In this document: positions 48,838 to 63,555 of the stretch, one piece after another
How positions within the stretch are numbered: position 1 is the stretch's first letter
Layout of the letters: each line of letters begins with the position of its first letter
NCBI RefSeq assembly: GCF_006345805.1
Contig: NC_042997.1
Location: 61,442,001-61,506,000 of the forward strand
Source of the DNA: Octopus sinensis
Lineage: Eukaryota
Length of the DNA stretch: 64,000 nt
Reading direction: 5' to 3'
The notes under the pieces: model-generated
What the model was told of the DNA's origin: nothing
What the model saw: only the letters and a program-made list of their open reading frames with translations
Databases searched by the model: none
Program-made: the position numbers and the translations under genes

Positions 48838-49561
48838 TGATCTAGTCTACCCTGCTACTTGGTTAACCTCCTATTGTGGAAGCCACTAAAATAGACCAAT
48901 TTATCACACTGTTCCTATTGCTTGTACTTAGCAACAGGTGTCACATCAATCAGAAGTTTATTATTTTTTTAAATGGGTGGGGAGGCGTAGGCCCATGTTA
49001 TGGATTGAAAATTGATATAGTTTTGCCTATCAAGAAATAATGAATTTGAGGAAGTGTTCATCAATAAAAATGTTATCTGTACCTTCCTCAAAATTATATG
49101 AAGAGCCCAAAACTTTCATTGTTCTATTTATTTTTTTTTTTTTCGTTTGTTTCTTGTTTTTTTCACTCCTTAGTGTATCTCTTATAGGAACTGTCCCATA
49201 TCAGGAGATTACAGTATTTGCACTAGTTCATCAGCATCTACATCATCATCATTACAGTACTAATTATATTTGTTTCAAATTTTGGCACAGTGCCACCAAT
49301 TTTAGGGAAAATTATATTGACTGCAGTGCTCCACTAGTACTTATCAATTGCAAAAGCACGAAAAGCCTACTTCAACTTGGCAGAATATATATATTGTCTA
49401 TGTTTTGTTGACAACAGTACAGCTAAGGAACTGATTAACTTACACAACGTGTGTTTTATACATTCATAAATATGAAGAACTAAAAATGATTGACTGTTGG
49501 AATATAAACAAACACACACACACACACACACACGTTTATATGTATAAATATATTAGTATAT

Positions 49562-49603
<42 letters not shown>

Positions 49604-49844
49604 TTTCCAATAGTTCTCTTTCTCTCTTTCTATGCACACACACACACACATGTTGTATACTACTGTTACAAAAAAGTAATAGCTGTTGGATTATACCTTG
49701 AAATGCAAGCATGAAGAATAGACTCTTTGTAAACCTTAAAATATTCATAAGTAGTGAGTGAACTCGAAGAAAAGTTTAATTTCTAAATGTGTTGCCTCTG
49801 TTTTAATTTAGTCAATGTCTTTTTTCTTCTTTTTTTTTTCTTGT

Positions 49845-50175
49845 AAAATAGGTACTAGTAAAATATTGGTTTCAAATTTTGGCACATGGTACATGGAAGT
49901 GTTGCTAAGCATTTTGCCCGGTGTGCTACCAATACTGCCAGATCACCATCTTAGGTGCTTGTAAAATATTGGTTTAAAATTTTGACTCAAAGCCAGCAAT
50001 TTCAGGGGTGGGCTAAGCCAGTTAGATTGACCCCTGTGTCTAACTGGTTCTTATTTTATCAACCTCAAAAGGATGAAAGACAAAGTCGACCCCGGTGGCA
50101 TTTAAACTCAGACCATAAAGATGAACAAAATACTGCTAAGCATTTTTCCCTGTGTGCTAACAATTCTACCAACTC
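49845..50175 (-). mobile_element. Two adjacent decayed copies of the 48630 SINE family
   Basis: GCTAAGCATTTT, AAAGGATGAAAG.CAAAGTCGACC and AAATTTTGGCACA blocks. Confidence 0.7.
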
Positions 50176-50636
50176 TCTGCCCTTCAGGTGCTCATGAAAT
50201 ATTGAGATTAGAAATCAAAAGTTCTAATTCATACATATTTAAAGTGAAACACTGCCCCAAGATATTCATAACATTAAACAATATTGCCAATTTATCAATA
50301 AAACTAAATTTTTTATAATTTTCTTCATTTTCCAATTTATATTGAAATCCCATTTTGTATAAGAATTATGAATGAAGAGCTAGTGTGTGTCTGTATATAT
50401 GTGTGTGTGAATATCAATGTATCACCCAGTATTAGATGTTGTTATACACTGATAATCACAGTATGTTGTCACTTTTGAATGATACCATCCTCACTGGCTA
50501 GGTCGGCAGACCAATATCCTCCCTGAATGGGCCCCAGTCCGTCACAGGGTTACCCATTGACATCTGAGAATTAAAACCCTGATATCTTATGATTTTTAGT
50601 GCAACACCTTAACCACTAAGCTATATGCCTTCACAC

Positions 50637-50667
<31 letters not shown>

Positions 50668-53600
50668 TGTATGTATGTATGTATGTATGTATGTAGTATG
50701 TATGTATGTACATATGTGTGTATATATATATATATATGATTTTGGAGATGCATTATTTTAGGAGTACCATAATTTGGCAACAACAAAAACTAATAGCAAA
50801 TCTAAATAATCTACATTACTTATGAAGGAAAATTAGTTTTTGAAAACTGATTATTTGATACTTTTGCATAAAAATGTTTCAATTGTAAACATTCATTTAT
50901 AAATCCTAATAGCCACATATATTTTTGTCAAGATGAGTGAATAAGCCAACTTTTGATTCCTAGTTTAGAAGCGGATTCAAGTGGTTCACTCACTAACACA
51001 TTGCAACCTCTGGCTCAAAGATCTCTTGCTCCCTCACCCTGCCTGTTTATCACTTTTACAAGATTCTTTATTTCACTGAACTACAATGCCTACCCATTAT
51101 CACCTAACACATTTGTTGTATATTCTTCTCTTGTCACCTATATTCTGGTCCCCTTTTTTTACACATACTAACATTAAGTACTGGTCAGTCTTCCTCTTTA
51201 GAACTTATTTATCTAGAATTCTTTTCCTTGCTGATCAATTTCAGCACATTTCCCTTGCCATCCTCCAAGGCAATGCCTTTTCCATTTCATCTGTGGGACC
51301 ATGAGGTGGTCTAAAACTAACTATCAAGTGGTAAGAAATCATAGTGGCTTTGAAAGCATTTTACACCTCTGCTTGACTTTTCAGAAATGTAGTGGACCAT
51401 GGGTTTCAGAGACAAAGAACAGATGCTTAGACTATTATAAATTTCAGAGGACCCATGGAGGTCCAATGTATTTTGTCATCCTCCTGGTTAAAATATTTTA
51501 AAAAATACACAAAATAGGTGTCATCAGCTCACAATCTCATTCCCATTTCTTCATATATATGTTGGGCAATATGTATGTGTGTGTGTGTGTATGAATAACT
51601 TTTGTGTCTTAGTAACAAATCAATATCACAAAATGATTATGCATTTTTTTTTTACTCCTTGAAATCTCAAAAGATAAAAATGAAAAAGTGAATAGTTAAG
51701 TAGAAAACTTACCAAATTTCCAAGAATTACCAACAATATATAAATCCAAATGTTATAGAGTAAAAGAAAATTTCACGCTTTAGAACTTCTGTAAATGCTG
51801 TTTAATTCTTTATATCATAAGCAGTAGTATGTAACAATATTCTAGTAAGTTAGTGATACATATTTCCATCCCTATAATTATATATTACATAAATATATTA
51901 TGTATATGTATAAATATCATGAATATAAATAATTGTATATATATATATTGATAGATAAATAGACAGATATATATATGAATAAAAGTTAAACACGTGTGCA
52001 CAATGATAGCGTGAGATATATATTGACTGATTCTACTTGTTTCTGTTTTGGAATAGTGGGTTTACTACTCCAAATAACAAATCAATGTCAGACTGTAAGT
52101 AGTTAGGATGTATTTTACTTTCTTGTAGCTTTTGTTGTATACAGGTACATGTGTGTGGTGTCATGTATGTACATATATATATATACTCACATATACATAT
52201 ATGCACACACACACACATACACACATGTATTTGTGTAAGGGGAGGGAGAATGATGAATGCAGTGTTCAGTGCTTCATTTTTTTTTTTGTTTTTGTTTGTT
52301 TGTTGTGCTATCTCATTTCTGTGTTGACTGGTATAAAGTTACTTGCTGCCTCATAGGTTGATGTAGTTACAATGGCAGCAGCAGTAGTAGTAGTATTTAG
52401 TTAGAGCTGGCCAGTTGATAGAGTTGATAGCAGGAGACTTTTTTTATTTCTCCTCTAGTAATGGTGCCATTCAAAGAATCTCTTGGTGGAATTCTTAATA
52501 TCTTAATTAAACACTATAATATTTATAAGTGCGCATGTGTGTGAACACATTTATACACGTGTGTATAAATTTGTGTGTGTTTGTGTGTTTGTGTGCATAT
52601 ATATCATGTATATTTATTATAAATATATTTATGCATGTATATGTGTGCGTGTGTATATATATATATATATATATGTGTGTGTGGTGTGTGTGTGTGTCTA
52701 TGTATATATGGGATGCCCACAGTCAAATGACTGAAAAAAGTAAAAGAATGAAAGAATTATACATATATATATACACACACAGGCATATATATGTGTGTGT
52801 TTGTATATCCAATACACGCACTGTCACACATACATCATTATTATCATTTTGTGTTTGCTTTCCATATGTTGAACAAGTTATCATGATTTCTGTTAATTAT
52901 TATTGGGAGTTGGGGGTCATTACACATCTTATTTCTGTTTCATTTGTGACTTGGTTTCTATGGCCAGTTGTCCATCTTATCACCAACCACTTTACAGAGT
53001 GTACTGGGGGCATTTCATCAAAGGACAAGAACTAGTGAGTTTGTTATGTTCTCTCAAACTTATGCTTTTGCCACTTATCTGCAAGCCACTTTACGGAGTA
53101 TACTGGGTGCATTTTATCATGGCACCAGCACAAGCAGGGATTTCTTTGTGCACCTTAAAAGTAAACAGTCCTTACTTCTCAAAGTGGTATAACTGAGAAG
53201 GTGGATAGAAAACAGTAGTGAGTGAAGAATCAGGTTGAGTAAATGAAGGATGCAAAACTATGATGCTAAAAACAAAGTGATTTAGGTAAGAAAAAAGGGG
53301 TGAGTATTGACAGAGGTGTCCAATAGGAGGAGTGGGTGATTGGTAGCAATAACAATTGGCCAAGAGAGAGTGAGTGATGACTGGCAGTCCAGAAAGTGTT
53401 AAGGTAGAATATATTGGGTACAGGTGTGATGCAATTCTTATACAGAAGCCTTTGCTTAAACAAGACATAGAGTGATAATGATAAAAGTAGATGGGGACTG
53501 AATACACGTAGGTACTGTCCATCATCATATGGGTAGCATGAATGATAGAGCGATGAATTACAAGAAGATGAGAGGACGATGAATTACAAGAAGATGAGAT

Positions 53601-53808
53601 TAGAGTGAGGTAGTGGCGGTAAGGCATCACTTTAGAGTGGAAAATGTGTCTGGATCAATTCATTAATTCAAATGGAGAGTACTTTGGAGGCAATAAAAGT
53701 GTAAACATGTAAAACCAAATGCATAATATAATATTGCAAAATGCTAGTTTCTTTTGGGTGCCTTCTCATATATATGTATGTGTGTTTATATATGTATGTA
53801 TATGTGTC

Positions 53809-53840
<32 letters not shown>

Positions 53841-53852
53841 CACATACAAACA

Positions 53853-54718
53853 CAGGGTGCGATGGGTAAATTGTTGCTATTTTATCATTTTAATTTCACG
53901 TATGTGCATTGTTTGTTTTTGATTTTGTCAACTACACAGTATAGTAGGGTCAGTTGGGCACCATCTGTGTGGAAAACAGCACCATGACACAATTCACCCT
54001 GCCAGAAATTTGAAAATGACATGCTATACTTCTTGGCATTCATGCTGGAAGCACATTTCAGGTGTTTGGGTGTCAATCTGAGTATCTGCCGTATCCCCAA
54101 AACGTACCAAGAGTGATAAAAATCAAGCATCCAGTCAATATCATGGTGTTTGGAGTGATCACTAGTGATGGCAGCATTATACCTCCATTCATCTAAATAC
54201 ACAGCCTCAGACTCAATACGGAGGCCTACATCAAGTGCCTGGAGGAAGTAGTGCTGCCCTGGGTGAAGAAGGTGACTGTTGGAAGCCCCTATGTCTGGCA
54301 ACAGGACTCTGCACCACACAAGCAGGAGAACCCACTCATGGCTGTCAGACAATTTCTGTGACCACATCATCCCTAACATCTGGCCACCTAACTCCCCAGA
54401 CTGCGGCCCCCTTGATTATCATGTGTGGGGCGCAGTTGAGCAAGAGAGATGAACAAAACTCCTTGTAACACTAAAGATGAACTGAAGGCAAGGATTATGG
54501 CAGTATTCACCAGCTTAAACATCATGAAGAGTTGCAGGAGATTCCAAAGTTGTCTGGAGGCCATGGTTGAAGCCAATGGTGAATTTATTGAATAAATTTA
54601 CTCTTTAGTATTTCAAGATATTTTTATGAAATTTTGGTAAGTATATTTGTTAAAACGAGATGTCAGTGTTATTTTCATTTTTGTGTAATTTAGACAATAA
54701 TTTATTCACCGCACCCTG
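53853..54718 (+). mobile_element. Internally deleted Tc1/mariner (DD37D/maT-like) transposon with both TIRs
   Basis: TIRs CAGGGTGCGATGGGTAAATT / AATTTATTCACCGCACCCTG|TA; remnant ...VMVFG-like MVFGVITSDG, YVWQQDSAP...WPPNSPDC.PLDYHVWG...ANGEFIE*; 37 residues between the last two Asp after restoring one small deletion. Confidence 0.88.
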
Positions 54719-55569
54719 TATGTGTGTGTGTGTGTGTGTGTGTGTATTTTTGTATATATGTGTGTGTATGTATACACACACAAATGCACATACACTCATA
54801 CATACAAATGCATATATACCCGGCATTGCTCAGGATTAAAATGGTATAATTTGTATATATATATATTTCAGTTATGTTGAAACAGGTGATACAGGAAAGT
54901 GAAGCATTGATAACAAAACATTGAACTAATTTGACATGTCATGTATCTATTTGGTGGAATCCAGGCCCTAACCTGCCATGGAAAATAGGGGTTGGTGGAT
55001 AAGTGATTTTTGAATGCACTGAAAAGCTGTCAGTGGATATACTCTCCTTTGCAGTGGTCAGCGCTGCATCTAACTTAACCCATTGTATGCTTGACAGTCA
55101 AATGAATGTAGGTGTAATTGAAATATTGTACATAAATGGGTACATTCTGCAAATAGGCTACAATGGGAAATGGCAATGGGAAAGTGAGTTGTTGAAATGT
55201 TGCAGAAGGGAAAGGTTAGCATTGGATTGCTGGTGTGGCTGTAGAATGAGAAACATAAAGTGAGCCACTCACACACACTCACAGAAACATATGCATTCAT
55301 ATACAAAATGTGACAACACTCACATACATATAGTAAGACAGACATACATAGCTTTTCGCGCCGTTTTTTTTTTTTGGTCGTCAGCTCACTCATACACATT
55401 CACTCACAGACACATTCACACTCATACGTAAAATGTGACGTCATCATTATTGTGGTATAAAATGTCCTGTACTATAGTTGACTATAGAAAGATTATCTCT
55501 ATAAAATGTTATATTATTTTAATTAAAATCCCCCAAAAAATTTTATGTTGACACTTGGGGGCAGTGTAA

Positions 55570-56145
55570 AAGATAAAGAAGTTCCTGAACAAGCTTATGC
55601 ATCCTGTTGAGCCAGGGATGATCAGCTTCTTCTTAGATGAAAAGAACTTTTGTCAGGATCAGTTGCATAACACCCAGAACAACATGTGACTTGCCTACAA
55701 TCCATGTGATCTCCTATATATAATGAAAACCAAATTCCCCCAAACTGTGATAGGTTTTGGGTGTGTCTCCAGTGAGGATAATGTCATGCTGGCCCACATC
55801 TTTGAAAAGGGCCTTGGGCCCAATTCAGATAGCTATGTGAAGCCGCTGGAGAGTGTTGCTGCAGGAAGGCCATGTGTGTGGCAGCAGAATTCAGTTCTTT
55901 GCCATACTTTTAGAAAGAGACAGAAGTACTTGTCAGAGAATTTCTATACTTCACCAGCCCAAATTTCTGACCTCCTAAATCCTCCCAGTTGTAATTCCAT
56001 GAATTACTATGCGAGGGACATAGTTGAGGACACCAACTGCTCTGTCTACAATACCAAGGCCAAGCTGGTGGCCCAAATCATTGAAGGTGTTTGGAGATCT
56101 TCCCAGTGATGTAATGGGGAGCACATGTGCCAGGTTCCAGAGTTA
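55570..56145 (+). pseudogene. Second, more diverged maT-like transposase fragment
   Basis: F.DEKNF.QDQ.HN.QN, MKTKFPQTV..FGCVSSE, GRP.VWQQ (ORF 55723). Confidence 0.8.
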
Positions 56146-56559
56146 GTTTTTACTCCAAGTCACGATCTAGTTAATAATTTTTGATTTTTTAAAATACTTT
56201 TATCTTAGGATGGGATATTGTGATTTCTTTTCCTTTTATACAAACTGTCAAATTTAACCTGAACACTCTGTATATATGAATGTATATTTTTTTCTCTTTT
56301 GTATGAAATTTTCTTTTCTTGTTTTTCATACAGTTCCTTGTAGTTTGTCTGAAATAGTAAAATTTTTGATTTCATCATCAAAAAACATACAAAAGAATTT
56401 GATAAAAAATAGAAATGTGTTTTCAGTACATTCTTGAAAGAAACAGCATAAATGTAGATATACTTAATGCATGTGCATGTGCATGCATGCATGCTTACAT
56501 GAACATATGTATCTTTTGTTGATGTATATCAGCAAAAGATATAAATATAATCAAGAAAA

Positions 56560-57620
56560 CAGGAAAATTGATGCCTTCCAAACAAAAGCTCTTGAGAATT
56601 TTGTTTTGTCAGATATGCAGTGAACTAGTTATTGGCCCATTGGGAATCCATAACCCACAAAATTATTGTTTATCAATTGCTATATAAAATAATGAAAACT
56701 GGCATACTGCTGCCTGGACAGCCTTGGGAGAACTTAGTAACAATAGATCTTCCACAGTGATCTATACTCTGCATAAACCACTGGCCAGCATTTAGGTACT
56801 AAATTTCAAGACTTTTCACTGTGTTTTGATAAAAACAGAGCTTTAAAATAACACCAAACTTGACAACAATTCTTTCTTCAACCACAAAATAGTAGATAGC
56901 CTGTTGATCTGGCCTGACTCATTAACCATAGAGGAAGCTCAAAAATGTTCAGAAATATCAAGTTACTAGGTCTAGAGAATAATCCAGCCATTATCTGCAA
57001 GAGTTCGTTCTTTCACAAACATCTGTGGGTCATCTGTAATCAGGTCTATAAAGGAAACAAATCAACAGTTTTCTCAAAGTCTTCCATTATTCCACTACCA
57101 AAGAATGGTGATTCTCACCTGCTTCAGAGCTACAAAGGAATTACACTTTCACTTCTAGTCTTCAACATCTACAACTGTATGCTATTTAACACAATTTCCT
57201 TTTGTATTCATTCTATTCTGCAGCAGAATCAAAACAACTTTCACAAACACGGATCAACAATATCACAGATCCTTGTTATTAGAAAAATCATAGAAATGTT
57301 CAGAAATTCCAAATATCAGTTGTATTTGTGCTTTTTTCTAAAATGCTTGGTAGTGTTCATAGAATGGTTGTGTTACATATCCTATTGAACTGTTGTATAC
57401 CAGATGAAAATGTCAAGCCATTACTATCATGTGTGAAAATCCATCAAATTTTTCATATAGCACAGATGGTCAACTAAGTTTTTAACAAAATCAGGCATCC
57501 TTCAAGGAGACACCCTTTTACTTTTCTTTTTTTTTTCTTTGCGATTGTGATGAAGACTATATCCTTAAATCTCATCTTTATCAAAACAAAGGTCTCACAA
57601 TTTCAAGCAGAAGTTGAGTC
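56560..57620 (+). mobile_element. Degraded non-LTR retrotransposon RT fragment (RTE-X-like)
   Basis: ORF 56945: IIPLPKNGD....YKGITL...NQN.F....ST.SQIL.IRKIIE; downstream GILQGDTL at ~57495. Confidence 0.75.
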
Positions 57621-58384
57621 AAATGTATTTCTTCTTTCTAAGACAATAGGATGTGATTTGAGGGAATTTGGCTAATATTTTTAGCATGTCAAACAACCAC
57701 TTAGAGGCTCCTCACTTGTCTGTTTCTGTTACAGTTGCTGATATTGGTTGTTGATTATGATGATAGTGGCTGAATTAAGCAAATTCCATGAAAAACACAT
57801 TAGGAAAATGAATGTATTTTTTAATCATTTTATTGTGAAGTAGTGTAGTATTGTTACATAAGACTTAGTCTGCATTGACAATATTTACCCTGATTATATA
57901 AATATCAATGAATTGCTTTGAGCATCAATTGATATGTACTATTTTAAATAAGATTATATAAATAATTTCTAATTTTGGCCAAAATAAACAGATTAAAACT
58001 TGCAAACTTTACTTCCCAAAATAGCTTGATTTTACATATATATATTTTTTAACATTTTCTCTCTTTCTGAAATTCTGTAAGAATTTGCATTAAGCACAAT
58101 GGTTGTGGGGTTAAAGTATTACTTTATTGATTCTGTAATCCCAAGTTCAAACTTCACAGATATAGCTAGTGAGTTTGTACCCTGAAAAAATCATTTAATT
58201 TTGCTTGCAAACAAGTTATAAACAGGTGGAATATTTAATGGTAAACATAATTGCTTCAGGCATATCTCTGAATATAAAACAAAATACTAATCATAGGAAA
58301 ATGTACAAATGGATGTAAAATAATAAATGTAGTTAGAAAGAATGATGCTAATAAAGAAAATATACTGGATTGGGTTTTTTTTTT

Positions 58385-58680
58385 TTTTTTACTTGTTTCA
58401 ATCATTGGACTGCAGTCATGCATTACTTTGAAGAGCTTTATTCAAATGAATTGGTTCCAGTGCTTATTTTTTTTCCCTTTAAATCAGCCAAAGAGACAGA
58501 GTACTGTCAGCCTCTTTGGCTGAACTGCTAACTTACAGAAATGTAAACACACAAACACTAGCCATCAAGCAGTTGTATGTAAGTATATACGTAAGCCATA
58601 TAAGCGTGTGTTTCTATTTGTCTTTGTATATATGTATATGTACATATGAATCCGTATATGTGTATCTATCTGTGTATGTT
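58385..58680 (-). mobile_element. CORE/OR-like SINE (decayed)
   Basis: TTACTTGTTTCA.TCATT, GCTGAACTGCTAA.TTACAG. Confidence 0.65.
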
Positions 58681-59637
58681 GTGTAAATATACATAACCAT
58701 GACATATTCTTTGATATGTGTTACACTTATCAAGTGTACACATATCAAAGTGAAAGCTAAATCATTCCTAGGTTATGTTTTCTTTGCATGTTTATGTCTG
58801 AGAAATATTCTTAATGGCTCAAAGGTGAAGCATAATTCATTTTCTTTTGATTATATCTTAAAATCTTGAAATGTAAACATATTTCAACACATTTGGCACT
58901 TAACTGGGATGTTATTAGATATCTGCAGTTATATGTCCCTTGTATCTATATATTCACCACTGTGCAGTTTTCATCACCTTCATTACTTTGTTATTCATTT
59001 TTACATATTTATATTTTCTTCATATATATAAGGCCATATTAGTTATGCCCTGTCCTTGTGTATTATTAGCTCTTCAATAAATGATTGTATTCTTTCTCTT
59101 ACAATTAACTGATATTGGTATACATAGCTTTCAACTTCAATAATTCATAGATTACTTTTACTTTCTTTTCTTGGCTTACATTCTAATATTTTCAATTTAA
59201 TGTACAATTTTATATAATTATTGAAGTGTATTCAACCTCATCACCATCTATAACCTCATATGCTCAGCTCACATCATAATATTATCAAGATATCTATAAT
59301 CTACTGCTCATTTTTTTCATTACAGCTTCGAATGATGGTTTTTCTCTTTACTCTTTATTCATTGACAATAATCTACAGTCAACTTAATTAATTCTACTCT
59401 GATTCTATGACTTCTAGAGTTTCTCCAATTTCATATAACTTCATATGACCTCATAAATTTATGGCATAACCATTTTCTTCTTTAGCTTTATTGAAGTCTA
59501 TAACCCATAAATTTTAAAATATCTATTACTGTCACACAATTTATGACTGTTTATTGATTCAAATTTTAGACTCTCCAAATTATATGCACACCTATAAATT
59601 TAGTAATACTTTGCTACTATTTACCTTCCTTACCCAA

Positions 59638-59930
59638 AGTAGAAGACACTTGCCCAAGGTGTCATGCAGTGGGTCTACCAAAGCCATATGAGTGGATTTG
59701 ATAGATGGAAACTGAAAGAAGCATGTTGTGTGTTTGTCCCTGCCCGTCACTGCTTGTCAACTGGTTTTGATGTGTTTATATCTCTGTAACTTAGCAGTTC
59801 AGCAAAAGAGAGTGACAATATAAGTCCCAAGTTTAAAAATAAAAAAGTACTGGAGTCAATTCATTTGACTAAAATTCAACGCTGTACCCCAGCATGGTTG
59901 CAATCTAATAAGAGAAACAAGTAACAGAAA
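59638..59930. mobile_element. CORE/OR-like SINE with inverted 5' segment
   Basis: 59638-59673 is the reverse complement of CCCACTGCATGACACCTTGGGCAAGTGTCTTCTACT; the plus-strand body resumes at ACCAAAGCC (59677). Confidence 0.75.
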
Positions 59931-60389
59931 TATATATATATATAAAACACACACATACATACACATACACATAAATATATACAAACATTATCACTTTGTG
60001 TTAATACTGCCTCTGTCGCAAATATATTCATTTTTAATAAGCTCATTGGTTAATCACGCACGACACCAATTCCTGTTCTGACAATGTTTTCTAAATATAA
60101 CTGGTGGGGAGATGAGTCACTGCTATCTCTAGCAGCTGAGTGTCTATTATTGACAAGAGCAAAGAAAGTTGAAATCACTTGATCTGGTGGTCTTGGCACT
60201 GGAGATGGCAGGGATTTATCACCCCACTAGTGATATAAACAAGAGTGCATTTTGCATCAAAAACCAGATAGAAAAGTTTCTCTCATGGTATCTACTGCAG
60301 TGTAGTTTGATAGAACTGAATATTTACGTTTAAGTGGGGATTAAAATTATCTCTCTGTATTAATACTGCTTCTGTTGCTAATATACATA

Positions 60390-60745
60390 CAGGGTATAAC
60401 AGGTAAAATGGGACCATTTAAATATCTTTGTTATAATCGGTATAACTTGGAAAAATCAAACACTGCAAATTTTATGTTTATGCTAATTTATTGTGGAATG
60501 TTTAGCACTTATTTCAGTTCAATGTGACCACCTTTTGCTTTCTTTACCAGTTCAATCCATTTACTAAATGATGTGCATGCCTTAACTATTTCTTCCTTTT
60601 TCATTTTACCGAATGCCCACTTGATTAAATCCTTCAGTGAAGACACACAGTTGTGAGAAGTTGCATTGGATATTACTTCAACTATTCACAGCAAACTAAA
60701 AAATTTTAGATTGCTCTGACTTTCTACAAGGAGCTGTCCCTATAC
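60390..60745 (-). mobile_element. Tc1/mariner 3' fragment with one TIR
   Basis: TA|CAGGGT at 60388-60395; minus strand ...SNATSHNCVSSLK...KACTSF...AKGGHIELK*. Confidence 0.7.
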
Positions 60746-61663
60746 ATAATATTAATTCAAGGTGTGATTTGATTCAGTCATCTAAAAAAAATACCTTATT
60801 TAGTAGTTATCTTAGAAAAATAGCCTTTATGATGCACAGTAACTGAGTGGTTAAGGTATTGCACTACCTACTCAAAGAGCATGAGATCTAATTCTCTGCA
60901 AGCATTTCATTTTGTTTCTGAGCAGAAAATTTTACTTTGCATTGCCTCAGATGTCAAGAATAGGTACCAGATTATCCGGGAATGCTATCCATAGTAGTGA
61001 GATTTATTTTGCATTTGCTTAACATCTTGAAACCATGTATAAATATCAATGTTTTTAAAGACTTTTGGCATTTAGGATGCATTTATAGTGCAATTTATTA
61101 CAGTGTATAAGTACTTTTGGCAGCTTTAAAACTTGCATATATTTCCCATTAGCAGAGACAAAGGAAATCATTTTATGTGCAAATGTTATAGTGTATATCA
61201 TACAGAACATTTAGCAGCATAAAAAGTTAATGTCAAGCATGAAATGTCTATAGTGTGTGTAATTAATGTGACAGACAGAGCAGCAAAATGCGATCAAAGG
61301 AATTTACTTTAGCTGATCTGGAATATATAACTGACAATATACTGAAGACATTTCGAAATGAGAGGATATATCTATTGCAATGGTATCTAGGATATATGAA
61401 GATTCATGGGGACTGGATAGGGAAATATTGTGTTGCTCCATTTCCAATAGTTAAAAATAAGTAATTAAACTTAATGGTGCTGAAGAAACAACTAAAGGTG
61501 TGTGTGTATCTTCATGTGCAAAAAAATATGAGAGTCAACCAAAGATCTGTAACTGGATCTCTTTCCCCTCCCCCACCTTTCTCTCTCTCTCTCTCAGCCT
61601 TCCCTTGCATGCATACATACTTACACACACACACACACACGCATGCACACACACACACATACA

Positions 61664-61694
<31 letters not shown>

Positions 61695-61696
61695 TG

Positions 61697-61900
61697 TCAG
61701 CTGCCTGTTGTAGGTTGATGTTGACTGTTCTTGCAGGGGAGTTGCATGTGAGCTGCAAGGCTTGCTCTTGATCTGCAGCTGTGATGACATCTGCTGCAGG
61801 TGAAGCTACTTGACACAGTAGAAAACAATTCATATGCTCTTTGGTATCTTCTCTGTTGTTTTTCCTCAGATTGCTGGTTGGATTCCATAGCCTTTCACAG
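61697..61900 (-). mobile_element. 3' end of an RTE/BovB-type LINE with C2H2 finger
   Basis: FTCSRCHHSCRSRASLAAHMQ resembles the CxxC...SR.GL..H motif at RTE ORF termini. Confidence 0.6.
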
Positions 61901-61963
61901 AGAAATATTTTCAATTTAATGATTCATTAATAAACAGATAAATAAGAAAACATACATAAGAAG

Positions 61964-62013
<50 letters not shown>

Positions 62014-63555
62014 CTTTATGCAAAAACATGAAAACATCTATGCAGCATCAGAGAAATGTAGGTTAAAACATAAAAGCAAATTCTGGATGTATTTGGAGTC
62101 CAGCAGAATTAAGATGAAGTAGGATTTAAGCCTAGAAATACTGCAGCTTAGTATTTTGGGAAGATTATATCATTCATGACCAAACTGCTGATTGATTGCT
62201 AACAGACATCTAATGACATATTCTCTATACTGTCTGTAGAAACATTGATATGTATTGTTGAATACTAGAATGTTACTCATATTTTATTAAAGCTGTTGGC
62301 AAATACAAAATTTGAAAATTCATATAACCTACAGTTACTTAATAATTATCATTATCGTTGATTGTTGTTGGTTGGTCATTTCATCATGTTGACATTAGCT
62401 ACGGTGTTTGGCTGGCTGCCTTGAATGGTGGATATCTTGGTCATGGTATCATTATATAGTATTTGTATTCCCTCTAGAAGGAAGAGAATGTTGCCAAGTT
62501 ACTCATTGTCACTGTTGACATCACCACCACCTTTGTCATCATCACCGTTATCCTATTTCTATTGCTGCTCTATACCTGTGTTAGATAAACTTCACAACAT
62601 GCAGTTTGTAGGCCACATGTGTTATAGGACCCCCCCCCCCCCCCGTAGGGAATTTTTTTTTTTCTTTTTACACTTTAATCTAAAGAAGGGTGGTATTACC
62701 CATAAACTTTGAAAACAAATGAACTGCTGTATGGAAAAAGTAAGAGCAAGTGCAGGCATGGCTGTTTGGTAAGAAGCTTGCTTCCCCAACCACATGGTTT
62801 TGGGTTCAGTCCCACTGTGTGACACATAGGGAAAGTGTTGGAAACCCATCAGAAAGGCCATTCTTGTTCTCAGGTGTTAGGTTTAATTCATTGTTTGGTA
62901 AAACACCACCACCTACCTCATGGGTGCATTTAGCAAAGAGAAAGATACTTTTCTCTGTTGCAAGAAGTTTGGGTTGCAAGTTTGTCCCTTTCTCTCATCT
63001 GTCCTGGAAGTGCTGAAAAATGTCATAGGAATTGCCTTTTCTGTTCTAAACCATTAAAGAAAAATGTTTTTACATTCTTTGGATTGTGGCACTAGAAGTA
63101 CCAAAATTGCAGGACCTTCTTGGATGGTAAGCCTAATGAATTTTTTAGTAATGCAGCCTACCTGATGGTGAACCATGTCTTATGCAGCTTGCTTCTCAAA
63201 AGAGCTTGATTTAACTATTCCACGTTCCCTTCATTTCAGAGAACAATATAATTATTTTTCCATCAAAGTTTATGTATATAACTCCAAATTTTAAAAATTT
63301 GACTCATGATAAATGAAGCCAAATAAAACAATAAGCTGTGGCATTAGCAACCAAGAGCTAATGGTTTGCATCTTATACTGCATCGATGGCAAAAATACAA
63401 ACTCTCAATTACTCAATTTGCTTAACTGACAGTATGTACAATTGGAGGAGTATAACTCATTACTATAATGCTACTGGAGCTCCATGAATTTAATTTATTA
63501 CATTGGCATGAATTTTTGTGGAAGATTATGGTTGATTAAATTGCCCTCAGTGCAA

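Noticed and set aside
53172-53660. 152-aa minus ORF
   Set aside because: Low-complexity C/T-rich sequence, possibly a decayed PLE 3' region; too weak to call.
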